Program-made: the position numbers and the translations under genes
In this document: positions 10,019 to 19,400 of the stretch, one piece after another
Numbering within the stretch: the first letter of the stretch is position 1
Layout of the letters: every line of letters starts with the position of its first letter
Notes under the pieces: generated by a model
What the model saw: the letters and a program-made list of their open reading frames with translations, nothing else
The model's database searches: none
Told to the model about the DNA's origin: nothing
Origin: Gammaproteobacteria bacterium
GTDB lineage: Bacteria; Pseudomonadota; Gammaproteobacteria; UBA6429; Thiohalophilaceae
Length of the DNA stretch: 64,000 bases
Assembly (NCBI GenBank): GCA_030148325.1
Contig: JASBTR010000145.1
Location: 1,548 to 65,547, forward strand
Reading direction: 5' to 3'

Positions 10019-10502
10019 GTAGTGTCTCCTGGAGAAAAGGTTACTTTTTTAGTCTCATTGAGGTTGGCACAGGGTTTGTGCCCATGTGTAATCTCAATTT
10101 ACCTGTAGGAGCATATTTTGCTCGCGATCAGATATGCTGAATTTACCTTCAAGTTTAGCATCAGTTTGATTACAGTGTACTTTTTGGGCCTGAGAAAAGC
10201 TGAAAATCCGGTATTTGTGATTGATGTCCGGAACTGGAAAAAAGCCTGAAATTATCAGGGAAGATGCGGTAAGCTGGGAAGATGAATCACGGGTTTGGTT
10301 TTAGAATATTACCGTTGTCTAATATTTGTGATTTAACCGCCAGCTATTGAATATTTCCAGAAAATGCCGACAAGAACAGAGACCGCCGGGATCGGGGGCA
10401 AATTTGACTGGCGTCGCTGCATCGATATCTCTGCAGCGTCGCCACATTTGACCCCGGCCCCATGGAAACTATCGCGCAGAAACAGGTGGACCAGTTAAAC
10501 TT

Positions 10503-11375
10503 ATGTCTGAATCGCTCAGCATTATTTTGCCGGCTAAAAATGAGGCCGCTTCTCTTACCCAACTCCTTCCTGAAATACGTCGCCGCTATCCTGCGGCTGA
10601 AATCATCGTCATTGATGATGGTTCGACCGACAATACGGCTGAAATCTGTGCGCAGAACGATGTCAAATGCGTGAGGCATGCTCATAGTCTGGGCAATGGT
10701 GCGGCCATCAAGCATGGTGCACGCTTCGCCAGTGGCAAGGTGCTGGTTTTCATGGACGCAGATGGCCAGCATGATCCGGCTGACATCGACCGGTTACTGG
10801 AACGGTTATACAGCGGTTTTGATATGGTAGTTGGTGCCCGGGATAGCGCTTCACAGGCGAGCCTGGCGCGCAGGATTGCCAACGGCCTCTATAATCGCAT
10901 GGCAAGCTGGATTGTACAGCGTCCGATCCGGGACCTGACCTCTGGATTCCGTGTCGTGCGGGCGAAAAAATTCAGGCGTTTTCTGTATCTTTTACCTAAC
11001 GGCTTTTCCTATCCGACGACCATTACCATGTCCTTCTTTCGCGCAGGTTACCTGGTGGATTATATTCCTATCACGGCTAACAGGCGGATCGGGAAGAGCC
11101 ATATTCATGTTTTGTCCGACGGCGCGCGTTTTTTACTTATTATCTTCAAGGTCGGTACACTCTATTCGCCACTGAAGATTTTTGTGCCGATAAGTGTCTT
11201 CTTTTTTCTGACCAGTGTGGGCTATTACAGTTACACTTATTTTACTGCCGCCAGGTTTACCAACATGGGTGTGTTGTTGTTCATCATGTCGGTGCTGGTT
11301 TTTCTCATTGGTCTGATTTCTGAACAGATCACAACCCTGATGTATCAGAATCAGCATGTGGATAATGAGGGCTAA
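10503..11375 (+). CDS. GT2 glycosyltransferase of the polyprenyl-phosphate sugar synthase type (DPM1/GtrB/ArnC-like)
   Basis: IILPAKNE...VIDDGSTDNT...DADGQHDP motifs followed by hydrophobic C-terminal helices typical of GtrB/ArnC-like enzymes. Confidence 0.75.
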   Translation: MSESLSIILPAKNEAASLTQLLPEIRRRYPAAEIIVIDDGSTDNTAEICAQNDVKCVRHAHSLGNGAAIKHGARFASGKVLVFMDADGQHDPADIDRLLERLYSGFDMVVGARDSASQASLARRIANGLYNRMASWIVQRPIRDLTSGFRVVRAKKFRRFLYLLPNGFSYPTTITMSFFRAGYLVDYIPITANRRIGKSHIHVLSDGARFLLIIFKVGTLYSPLKIFVPISVFFFLTSVGYYSYTYFTAARFTNMGVLLFIMSVLVFLIGLISEQITTLMYQNQHVDNEG

Positions 11376-11445
11376 ACCAGATTTTTCGGATATCGTGTTA
11401 TGGTCGGATAACCACTTGGGCGTCAAGGTGGAATGATTTATCGTA

Positions 11446-12384
11446 ATGAATACTGATATTCAACCCAGGGTCAATATTCTTCTGTCAACCTACAATGGTG
11501 AACAGTTTATCAGGGCGCAGTTGGATAGTCTGTTTGCCCAGACCTATTCAAATATCCTTGTTCATATAAGGGATGATGGATCAGTAGATAGCACAGTTGA
11601 TTTGATCCGTGCCTGCACCAACAGAAAGATCCCCGTTATTCTGACCGAAGGTGAAAACATCGGGGTTATCCCGAGTTTTATGCAACTTCTAGGCAATGTC
11701 TGCAGGACAGGTGAACTGTATGCCTTCTGCGATCAGGATGATGTCTGGAGGCCAGAAAAAGTGTCCCGTGCAGTTGAACAGATTATGCAACGCCCCCAGC
11801 CTGAGAAGGTGCTGTATTGCACAAGGCTGGAATATGTCGATGAACGCTTGAATCATCTTGGTTATTCCTTGAACCCCCGGGCTATTGGTTTCAGAAATGC
11901 AGTAGTGGAAAATATTGCGACTGGATGCACAGTTGTATTTGGTGAACGTATCCGTCAGTGGATACTGGAAGGTGATCCTGCTGATATGATGATGCATGAC
12001 TGGTGGGCCTATCTGGTTGCTTCTGCTTTTGGTGAAGTTGTTTATGATAACTTCCCGTCTATTCAGTATCGCCAGCACGGAAATACTGTGACTGCATGGG
12101 AACCGGGACTGGTGAAAATCAGGGCTCGCGCGCATGGATTGATCAGGCGATTGAAAATGCGAGAGCATACAGGACTTGATTCACTGAACCAGGCTATTCG
12201 TTTTGTTGAAACTTATCCAAATGTCCCGGTGGATATGAAAAGAATCGTAGCGCGTCTGGTGGCGCTTCGTGGAAAGAATAAATTTTGGCAGAGAGTGCGT
12301 TACATTATGTATCCAGAAGTATTGCGAACTAATCCGGTGGAGAACTGGTCACTGAAACCCATGATCCTTTTGGGATGGCATTAA
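11446..12384 (+). CDS. GT2 family glycosyltransferase
   Basis: NILLSTYNGEQFIRAQLDSLFAQTY...RDDGSVDST...CDQDDVW (GT-A fold, DxD). Confidence 0.75.
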   Translation: MNTDIQPRVNILLSTYNGEQFIRAQLDSLFAQTYSNILVHIRDDGSVDSTVDLIRACTNRKIPVILTEGENIGVIPSFMQLLGNVCRTGELYAFCDQDDVWRPEKVSRAVEQIMQRPQPEKVLYCTRLEYVDERLNHLGYSLNPRAIGFRNAVVENIATGCTVVFGERIRQWILEGDPADMMMHDWWAYLVASAFGEVVYDNFPSIQYRQHGNTVTAWEPGLVKIRARAHGLIRRLKMREHTGLDSLNQAIRFVETYPNVPVDMKRIVARLVALRGKNKFWQRVRYIMYPEVLRTNPVENWSLKPMILLGWH

Positions 12385-13526
12385 TTATCATGAAGTAGCT
12401 TTTTAAGTCGAGATTGTACAATTTGATTGGACAATCGTTCCTCGTAAAATCTCCGACTGTTTTGCGCGAGCTGGCTACGACGTTCCGGGGAATTAGCCAG
12501 CAGCATGATTTTTTCAGCAAGTGCAGCACCATCGTTGACAGGCACGGTTTCAAATGGTGAATAGGAAAGCCTATCCTTTGTCTGTAGGCTCCATGATGTT
12601 TCACCGGTAATAATGGCGCGGCCACAGGCCGCATAGGCATACAGTTTCAGGGGGCAGACACGTTGGGTTTTTTTACCTGCACCAAAGATGCCCAGGCAGA
12701 TATCGGCTTTGGATATCATTTCCGAAAGCTTCTCTGCAGGTTGCCATTCCCTGATCCACTCCAGATTGATCGCATCATTTCTAATGGCTGACTCCATTAC
12801 TACTGCTGTTTGCCCGTCTCCCACGATGCGGAAGTGTACATGTTGTTCGTTTTGCAGTCTGCTTGCAGCTTTCAGGATTGCAGTTATCCCATGTAGAGGA
12901 ATGAATGTGCCAATGAATAGAATGGTGCATTCCCTTCCTGGAGTGTAGTCGATTTGTCGGAAATGTTGTTCATCGGTTGATAACGGGATGTCGTATACTT
13001 TATTTGCTGGCAGATTGAATTCTCTGAAAAGGAAAGAGGCGCTTTGAGGCGTGTCAACTAGTATGAGGTCGGCGGAAAAGTAGGCTCTTTTTTCGATTTT
13101 TTTCAGGGTGATGGCAATCCAGTTTTGTGAAGATAGTAGTTTTCGATCATTAACAATAGTGTCGTAAAGTGAAATAAACGCATCGAGTACAATTTTGTCC
13201 GGTCTTGCCTTGCGAGGAAGAATACCGATGATGAACCCCATAAAAACGGAAGGATAAGGAATATAGAGCAGGTGGGTCGGTCCATGAAAAAGATATTTAA
13301 GCGTGACTGAAAAATGGGAATAAATGGCACGCAATAATCTCGGGATGAGGTGTTCTTTTAGTGAATGTGAATGAATCTTCATTTTCCACATCGGAACATT
13401 TATTTCAGTCACATTTATCCATTTCGCATTTTTTAACTCCTGGATTCTGTAACGCACGTTGGGGTAGCCGGATGATTTAAGATGTACGCCTAAAATCAGC
13501 AGCTTGGTTTTATTGTCTGATTTCAT
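12381..13526 (-). CDS. GT-B fold glycosyltransferase (GT1/GT4-like)
   Basis: C-terminal GT-B region (...LGIFGAGKKTQRVCPLKLYAYAACGRAIITGET). Its stop overlaps the stop of the converging GT2 within a TTAA. Confidence 0.65.
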   Translation of the reverse strand: MKSDNKTKLLILGVHLKSSGYPNVRYRIQELKNAKWINVTEINVPMWKMKIHSHSLKEHLIPRLLRAIYSHFSVTLKYLFHGPTHLLYIPYPSVFMGFIIGILPRKARPDKIVLDAFISLYDTIVNDRKLLSSQNWIAITLKKIEKRAYFSADLILVDTPQSASFLFREFNLPANKVYDIPLSTDEQHFRQIDYTPGRECTILFIGTFIPLHGITAILKAASRLQNEQHVHFRIVGDGQTAVVMESAIRNDAINLEWIREWQPAEKLSEMISKADICLGIFGAGKKTQRVCPLKLYAYAACGRAIITGETSWSLQTKDRLSYSPFETVPVNDGAALAEKIMLLANSPERRSQLAQNSRRFYEERLSNQIVQSRLKKLLHDN

Positions 13527-14418
13527 CAGCAGATTGTTCCATAGGACCCATTTTGTTTTTTATAGCATCAGTAATACCGCAAAAAAATGCAAAGGCTTTA
13601 TTTTTCTTGTTATCTTCAATGAACACAATCGAGACGAGTTCAATGCTCAGCCTGGCAAGTTGAAGGAAGCTCCACACCGGCTCACGCAGCCAGTATTGCT
13701 TTATCGTCAAAATGGTATTTCGCGCCATATAGTATTTTCGAAAGGCCGGATGTTCAAACGTGATAATTGGCTTTTTGGTGGAATCGGCTTGCCCAATAGT
13801 ATGAGACATAATGATTTTACAGCTCATGGCAATTGGTAAACCCTGGGATCGTATTCTGAGGCAATATTCGTGGTCGATGGAATCGATAAAATAATCTTCC
13901 CTGAAACCGCCAATATTTATGTACAGGGACAGATTCAGTAATGTACCTGATGTGATGACAGTTCGCCGTTTTATGAAAAGTTTTCCAGATTTCTGATTAC
14001 ATTTCTTAAATGGACGCTTTCTGGAATTGTCATAGTAGTTGCTTCCTAAAATAAGAAAAGTGCCATTGCCTGACACATATATGGATGCGAGTATAGAAAA
14101 TATATCAGGGTGAACAGTTGTATCCTGATCAAATATCAATATCCATTCATATCCAGATTCGATGGCAAGTGAAGCTGCCTGATTTAACGCCTTTCCGAGT
14201 CCCATATTTTTGTTGTTTTCAATAAGTGTTATCTCGGGAGCTTTGGAGAAATTACGCAATATAGATAGGCAGTGTATACTGGAAGCATTGTCAACTATAA
14301 TAATAGAGTGCACCTGTTCCTGAATTTTAGCAAGTCGATGTATGATGTCATCATCAGGAAAATAGGTGACAATCACCGCACAGGTGTTTTTTATGGAAGG
14401 GAACATTGATATTTCCAT
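13510..14418 (-). CDS. GT2 family glycosyltransferase (rhamnosyltransferase-like)
   Basis: CAVIVTYFPD...IIIVDNAS...FDQDT motifs. Overlaps the downstream GT-B gene by 17 nt, suggesting coupled translation. Confidence 0.7.
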   Translation of the reverse strand: MEISMFPSIKNTCAVIVTYFPDDDIIHRLAKIQEQVHSIIIVDNASSIHCLSILRNFSKAPEITLIENNKNMGLGKALNQAASLAIESGYEWILIFDQDTTVHPDIFSILASIYVSGNGTFLILGSNYYDNSRKRPFKKCNQKSGKLFIKRRTVITSGTLLNLSLYINIGGFREDYFIDSIDHEYCLRIRSQGLPIAMSCKIIMSHTIGQADSTKKPIITFEHPAFRKYYMARNTILTIKQYWLREPVWSFLQLARLSIELVSIVFIEDNKKNKAFAFFCGITDAIKNKMGPMEQSADEIRQ

Positions 14419-14548
14419 TCAAGTGACCTGGTTGTTATAGGGGTTGTCCATCTCATATTTTCGTTACGGGTAGAAAATGTACGATATGCCACTTTTTAAA
14501 CTGTATCTACAAAAAATTCCTAATATAGTTATTCGCTCTACCTTAATT

Positions 14549-16276
14549 TTATGATTTTATCACCCTTAGCATCTTACGCTTAATGTTAAGCAGGTATGAA
14601 TATACTCCAAAGCCCATAAGTTGATTTCTGATATAGAAATGAGCCTTCTTCTCTGAATAACCATGAACCAACTTTTCTATTCCTGCCTCTATATGCAGAA
14701 ACTGTTTGAAATCATTGTTTGATAATTTAATTCCCAGTGTTGCCGCAATGCGACGAATTCTGCTAACACGTCGTCCTCTTGCGAATATGGGTTCAACTCC
14801 TGTCATTGATTGTATGCCTTCCAGAAAGTGATATATTGTGCGAACAAGTAAGACTGATACGGGAATCGGTTTATGCCAAATCAATTCAGCATCAATATAG
14901 TAACAAACACCATTACTAATAATTACATTCTGCCATATGCAGTCAATAAATTTTCCGTCTACTATAAGAATGCCATTTTCCATTGAACTCTGGGTATGAA
15001 TATAATCGAGCCATTGTCCAGCTTCATAAAATACATCTATTTTTTCATAGCGGCGATGCAAAATTTTTCTGGCAACCAAACTGTGAACTGATTCTCCTTG
15101 CCGCCAGGGGTCCTTTAATGAACAAATACTCAATGCCTCTCTGGAATTAGAAGGTGCTGGGTGTATGACCCGTTTTTCTACAAAGATCTTCTTACCATTA
15201 TCTTCAATAATGTGAGTCAAGGTCTGGAAGTTGTGTGATCTGTCTGTACCATACAAAATTCCAAGCTGGTTAAAATGAACAAATTTGCTGCTGTTACTAC
15301 CAGCCATAATCAAAAATGAATTTGCAAAAAATGGTAACATATTATTTCTTGCCAGGGCCTTGTTTGCCAATGACTCATTGAAAAGGGGATTTTTTTCCTT
15401 CAGATAGTCCCGTGATTCAATTCGGCTAATTAGCTCACTGGCATCTACGCGTGAAAATAATTGTTCTGATAATACACAATCCGGAATTTTGTAATCTGGG
15501 TACGGAAAGTAAAACAGGACATCGCTGAAATATGGTTGCAAACGGGATTTAATTTCGTGGTATCCAAAGGTTCTTGCTCCATCCTTCAAATGTGGATAAT
15601 CTTCGATACCATCGAACATAAACTGACTGTGATCTTCTGAACAGGAGCTAAAATATTTCAGACCAAATTGGTTCTCAATTGCGAGAAGTAATACGCCTTC
15701 TTTATTTAGAAGCGAGCGGAAATACTGAAGGATGTTGTCATAGGGGTCTTCAGCATTGACAAAAGTGTTGGAATATTCGAATACACCTATACAGAAAATA
15801 AGATCAAATTTTTCGTTGAATGAGATTTCCTGAAAAGGTGCACTAAGGATTGAAACATTCTCAAGATCAGCAGTTCTCCTGCGTGCCAGCTTTGCGCGGG
15901 TAAAACTACCTTCTATAGAAATGACTTGATCAAATGTTTCACCCAGAAAACGGGTAATAGCACCACAGCCACAACCCACTTCGAGTACTCTGGCCTGCCT
16001 GTTATATGTAAACCCATTTAAGAGCTGACTTCGGCGGTGTGATAGATGGTATTCGCTGGGCCAATCCCTTATATATTGTTTCAGTTCACTTGAAGATGAA
16101 CTGACGTCGGTTACTTTTGAAAAAACTTTTTCCAGATACCGCTCATGTACCTGGCCATCAGAGTACTGGATATTCTGGCCATCAGACAGGCGCCATACGC
16201 CACTTGGATCCAGTGTTATTTCGTTGTTAATTATTCGTTTCACAAAAACACCTGTAAGAAATAACATGTACCACAA
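14549..16276 (-). CDS. Class I SAM methyltransferase fused to a C-terminal kinase-like domain (WbdD-like architecture)
   Basis: SAM motif I VLEVGCGCGAITRFL in the N-terminal third. The C-terminal part has a protein-kinase/APH-like catalytic pattern (FIDCIWQNVII...YYIDAE). Confidence 0.6.
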   Translation of the reverse strand: MWYMLFLTGVFVKRIINNEITLDPSGVWRLSDGQNIQYSDGQVHERYLEKVFSKVTDVSSSSSELKQYIRDWPSEYHLSHRRSQLLNGFTYNRQARVLEVGCGCGAITRFLGETFDQVISIEGSFTRAKLARRRTADLENVSILSAPFQEISFNEKFDLIFCIGVFEYSNTFVNAEDPYDNILQYFRSLLNKEGVLLLAIENQFGLKYFSSCSEDHSQFMFDGIEDYPHLKDGARTFGYHEIKSRLQPYFSDVLFYFPYPDYKIPDCVLSEQLFSRVDASELISRIESRDYLKEKNPLFNESLANKALARNNMLPFFANSFLIMAGSNSSKFVHFNQLGILYGTDRSHNFQTLTHIIEDNGKKIFVEKRVIHPAPSNSREALSICSLKDPWRQGESVHSLVARKILHRRYEKIDVFYEAGQWLDYIHTQSSMENGILIVDGKFIDCIWQNVIISNGVCYYIDAELIWHKPIPVSVLLVRTIYHFLEGIQSMTGVEPIFARGRRVSRIRRIAATLGIKLSNNDFKQFLHIEAGIEKLVHGYSEKKAHFYIRNQLMGFGVYSYLLNIKRKMLRVIKS

Positions 16277-16279
16277 TCA

Positions 16280-17575
16280 TTAGCAACGGAGCCGTAGTGC
16301 GGCAAAATAGGCCAAAAAGAACGTGCTAATACTTACGCGAATCACCCATGCAAAGGCAGCGCCATCTATACCGTATTCTGCAACTAGTAAAGGAAGGTAT
16401 GCAAGAAATAGTGGAAGTTCAAACATATGAAGCTTGGCAGTAATATCTGGTCGACCTGATGCTTGAACCAGAGCCTGGGACACCAGGCCCAGACTGTTAA
16501 TAAAAACACCTATAGCAAGTAATCGTACTACCTGCTGGCTCTGTGAGGCAAAGGAGGCATCTATCCAGTAAGTAAGTCCCTCATTGGCATAAAATACTAT
16601 TAAGATAACGAATGGCATGAGAAGCATTACAATAACAGCTAAACACTGTTTGTAAATCCGTGCTGCTTTTTGCATATTTTTTGCATATAGAAAACTAAAG
16701 GCAGGAAACATTACACCGATTACTGCAGCCGGGATTATCAACAGCTTGGTAACTATGTCATAAGGGGTTGCATAATAACTAACCGCATCCAGTGACAGCA
16801 TGGTTCCGACCAGAAAGCGGTCAGAGTAAAGCAAGATTGGGCCAACTATGTTACTTATGGTAATCCATCCTCCAAAGGCAAGTATTGGCCTGAGCATGTT
16901 TTTATTGAATGTTGCAGGCTTTCTCTTCAAATCCTGGATGCCGGTAAAACACAAAACAACGTACACCACCCAGGCGACTATTCGTACGGCTACCATCACC
17001 CCAATGACCGCGACCAGGCTGTCTTCGAAATGCAATGCTATTAGCGGCCCAAGATAGGTGAAAACACCAGTCGGAATCTTTATTAGATTGATAGTAGTAA
17101 AACGTTGGTAGGCTTCCAGCAAACCGCGCAGCCCAGCTGTCGTCATTATTACAGGAATGGCTGCTCCAAGGAGCTGGAATGCCTTGATGGTTTCGTCCTG
17201 GATGGACTCAGGGACGGACAGAAGCTCTTTTATCAACCATGGTGTGAGAAAAATTACTAGCAGGCTGAATACTAAGCTTAATGCTCCCATCATAGAAAGT
17301 GCTGTCCAAACCAGCCCAGAAATCTCATCGTGTTTCCTGTTACCCAGAAGCTCGGCTACCAGTTTTGTTAACGCGCGCCCTACGCCCATGTCGAATAAAC
17401 TGAAATACCCAATTAATACAGATGCCAGAACTAATACGCCAAAGCGTTCCAGACCGAGACCTTCAATAAGTAGAGGGATCGCGAACAGGGCGACCAGCAA
17501 GGGAAGACCACTCCCGACAAGATTCAGAATCGTGTTTTTTACAAGAAGCTTACGTGCAATTAGTGATTGGGACAT
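16280..17575 (-). CDS. wzx: Wzx-type polysaccharide flippase (MOP superfamily)
   Basis: 431 aa, about 12 hydrophobic segments, N-terminal pattern typical of polysaccharide biosynthesis/flippase proteins. Confidence 0.75.
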   Translation of the reverse strand: MSQSLIARKLLVKNTILNLVGSGLPLLVALFAIPLLIEGLGLERFGVLVLASVLIGYFSLFDMGVGRALTKLVAELLGNRKHDEISGLVWTALSMMGALSLVFSLLVIFLTPWLIKELLSVPESIQDETIKAFQLLGAAIPVIMTTAGLRGLLEAYQRFTTINLIKIPTGVFTYLGPLIALHFEDSLVAVIGVMVAVRIVAWVVYVVLCFTGIQDLKRKPATFNKNMLRPILAFGGWITISNIVGPILLYSDRFLVGTMLSLDAVSYYATPYDIVTKLLIIPAAVIGVMFPAFSFLYAKNMQKAARIYKQCLAVIVMLLMPFVILIVFYANEGLTYWIDASFASQSQQVVRLLAIGVFINSLGLVSQALVQASGRPDITAKLHMFELPLFLAYLPLLVAEYGIDGAAFAWVIRVSISTFFLAYFAALRLRC

Positions 17576-17680
17576 GGAAAACTACTCAGGATGTTGGCAT
17601 GGTTTCTTAAGCAAATGTCTATAGCCATGACTTGACCCTGCTACTCTCCAGCCTAAATTGGCATTCCAATGTGCCATGGT

Positions 17681-19362
17681 TAGTGTCCGTCCATAAACAT
17701 GGATAATTTAAAATAAAACGCCTTTATGAATGCTTTCATTTTGCAGTTATTTAAAATTCTGGAGGGCATTTTTTGTTGCGGACCCACAAAATAGTCCTAC
17801 GAAATGTCAAAACGCATTTTTTTTGCATAATAACCCCTGAGCCCTCAAGCTCGCATGCGCTATTACCTCTGCCTTTCTTAAGTGGTGACTCGCCTGGCGA
17901 AAGTCGCTAGATTGTGTGCAACCACGGAAGACCACACGTAACGCTTGAAGTGCTCAAGACCTTTCCACGTACAACGCGCCAATCCATAAGCACGTTTGAG
18001 ACAAGAGATACCCGCCTCGATCCCTGCGCGAAAATTGCGTAACTGCCGATACACCCACGGGCTCTTAACCATATCTTCGATTTTTATTCCGCGTTTTTTA
18101 TGAAAAGTAACCTCTTCAACACCACGTGATTTTGCTTCTTTAAGATTGTCTTTACTCGCATAACCACCATCGACAGCAACTTGTCGTGGCGCGCATCCAT
18201 AATTCTCTATGTGTCGATCCAACATAGGCAGAAAGCGATCCGTGTCAGCAGGGTTACCTTCTTCAATCACGACATCAAGAATCAATCCGCTTTTGCTGGA
18301 ACTGAGATTAAGCTTGCGACCATACTGGATGTCACGACTGCCTTTTATGATAATATCGGTGTGTGTTTCAAAAATACTGAATATTTTTTCGCTGGCAGGC
18401 ACCATTTCATTATTGAATACTCGACGCTCTGTTTGGCTGATAACCTGTAGAATCAGGGGAATATAATGCGCAACTTCACTTTCCCATCCCATTTGCTGCA
18501 ATGCATCAACGGGGGCTTTATTTAAAGCAATTTTGGCCTGTTCAAGATAGTTTATTGTCTGCCGGGTTACGTCGATTAAGTCACGATACAGCCTGGCTTT
18601 TTTATCTTTTGGGCGGGTATAGGCTATCGCGCGCGCGCGTTTTTTTGCCACTCGCCGATGATTGCGAAAAGCAATCCTGGGCGCACCGTTGAGCGATTGC
18701 GCCTGTTCAAGTAAACGTATCATGATCCGGAACCATCCCATAACAAGCTGCTGTCAGTCGGTTCATGTATCATTACCTCCGTCACCGTGCTATCCATGCG
18801 CACCTTTTTCCCTGATTCGACTTTCTTTTGTTTTGCCTCTTTTAGCAAACACTGATTAATGCGCTCCCAGGTGTCCCCCTTGATCAGGCTGATTGTTTTT
18901 TGTAGCACAGACTTCTGAGGAAAAATTTTAGCCGGTAAACGCGCGAACGCTTGAAAAGAGGCTGAGTCAGATAAATGAAAAGCGAGTTCCTGATAGTTTA
19001 ATTGCCGATATTGTTTGAGTATTGCGCAGCGTAATATGGATTCAGCAGACAATCCATTTCGACCTGTGCCAAACACATCTTTTATGTGCAAATCCATGGC
19101 TATCCAATCCATTATTTCACGATGTTGATCTAATTGTTCTGACATGCCTTTAAGTTCTTTTCCGATCTCGTGATTTGAGAAAAAATCGAATATACTAACT
19201 TGGTCGATGCACTTTTTTCGCATTGTCGCCACCGGTGGTTTTTGTTTTTTCTTATATTTCAATTGCTTGAGAATAGGATAACAAAAATCACCGGAACTTT
19301 CACTTCTCAAATCAGCTGTTTTTTCATTAAATTCAAGTTGTTAGCGTTTATGGACGGACACT
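17681..19362 (-). mobile_element. IS element (IS5/IS1182-like) with 18-bp perfect terminal inverted repeats
   Basis: TAGTGTCCGTCCATAAAC at 17681..17698 and its exact reverse complement at 19345..19362 bracket the two transposase ORFs. Confidence 0.85.
17878..19310 (-). pseudogene. DDE transposase split by a frameshift (ORFs 18720..19310 and 17878..18741)
   Basis: The N-terminal ORF ends ...IHEPTDSSLLWDGSGS*. The second ORF continues in another frame (GWFRIMIRLLEQ...) with the DDE region. The 22-nt overlap is consistent with a 1-nt indel or programmed frameshift. Confidence 0.75.
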
Positions 19363-19400
19363 AGCTTATAAGTGTCATACCAAGTTTGAATGGTTTTGCC

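Noticed and set aside
10065-10081. Plus-strand TTGGCACAGGGTTTGTG upstream of the first GT2 gene as a sigma-54 promoter, or on the minus strand as the pilin 1 promoter
   Set aside because: The near-invariant GC of the -12 element is GT on the plus strand, and the minus strand (TGGGCACAAACCCTGTGCC) has no GG-N10-GC spacing. The sequence is a palindrome related to the GGGCAC...GTGCCC hairpin module and lies about 440 nt from the GT2 start.
10101-10130. CCTGTAGGAGCATATTTTGCTCGCGATCAGAT as a GG-N10-GC sigma-54-like site
   Set aside because: It is a half-unit of the GTAGGAGC...GCTCGCGA REP module seen at 45.3 and 60.8 kb. The -24 element is poor (AGGAGC).
12381-12384. Convergent GT2 and GT-B genes overlapping within TTAA as a possible recombination junction
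   Set aside because: The overlap of the two stop codons can arise by chance. It coincides roughly with the shift to lower GC, but I cannot support a specific mechanism from sequence alone.
17653-17680. Minus-strand ATGGCACATTGGAATGCCA next to the IS end as a sigma-54 promoter for wzx
   Set aside because: The GG to GC spacing is 11 nt rather than 10. It is part of a TGGCA...TGCCA palindrome.
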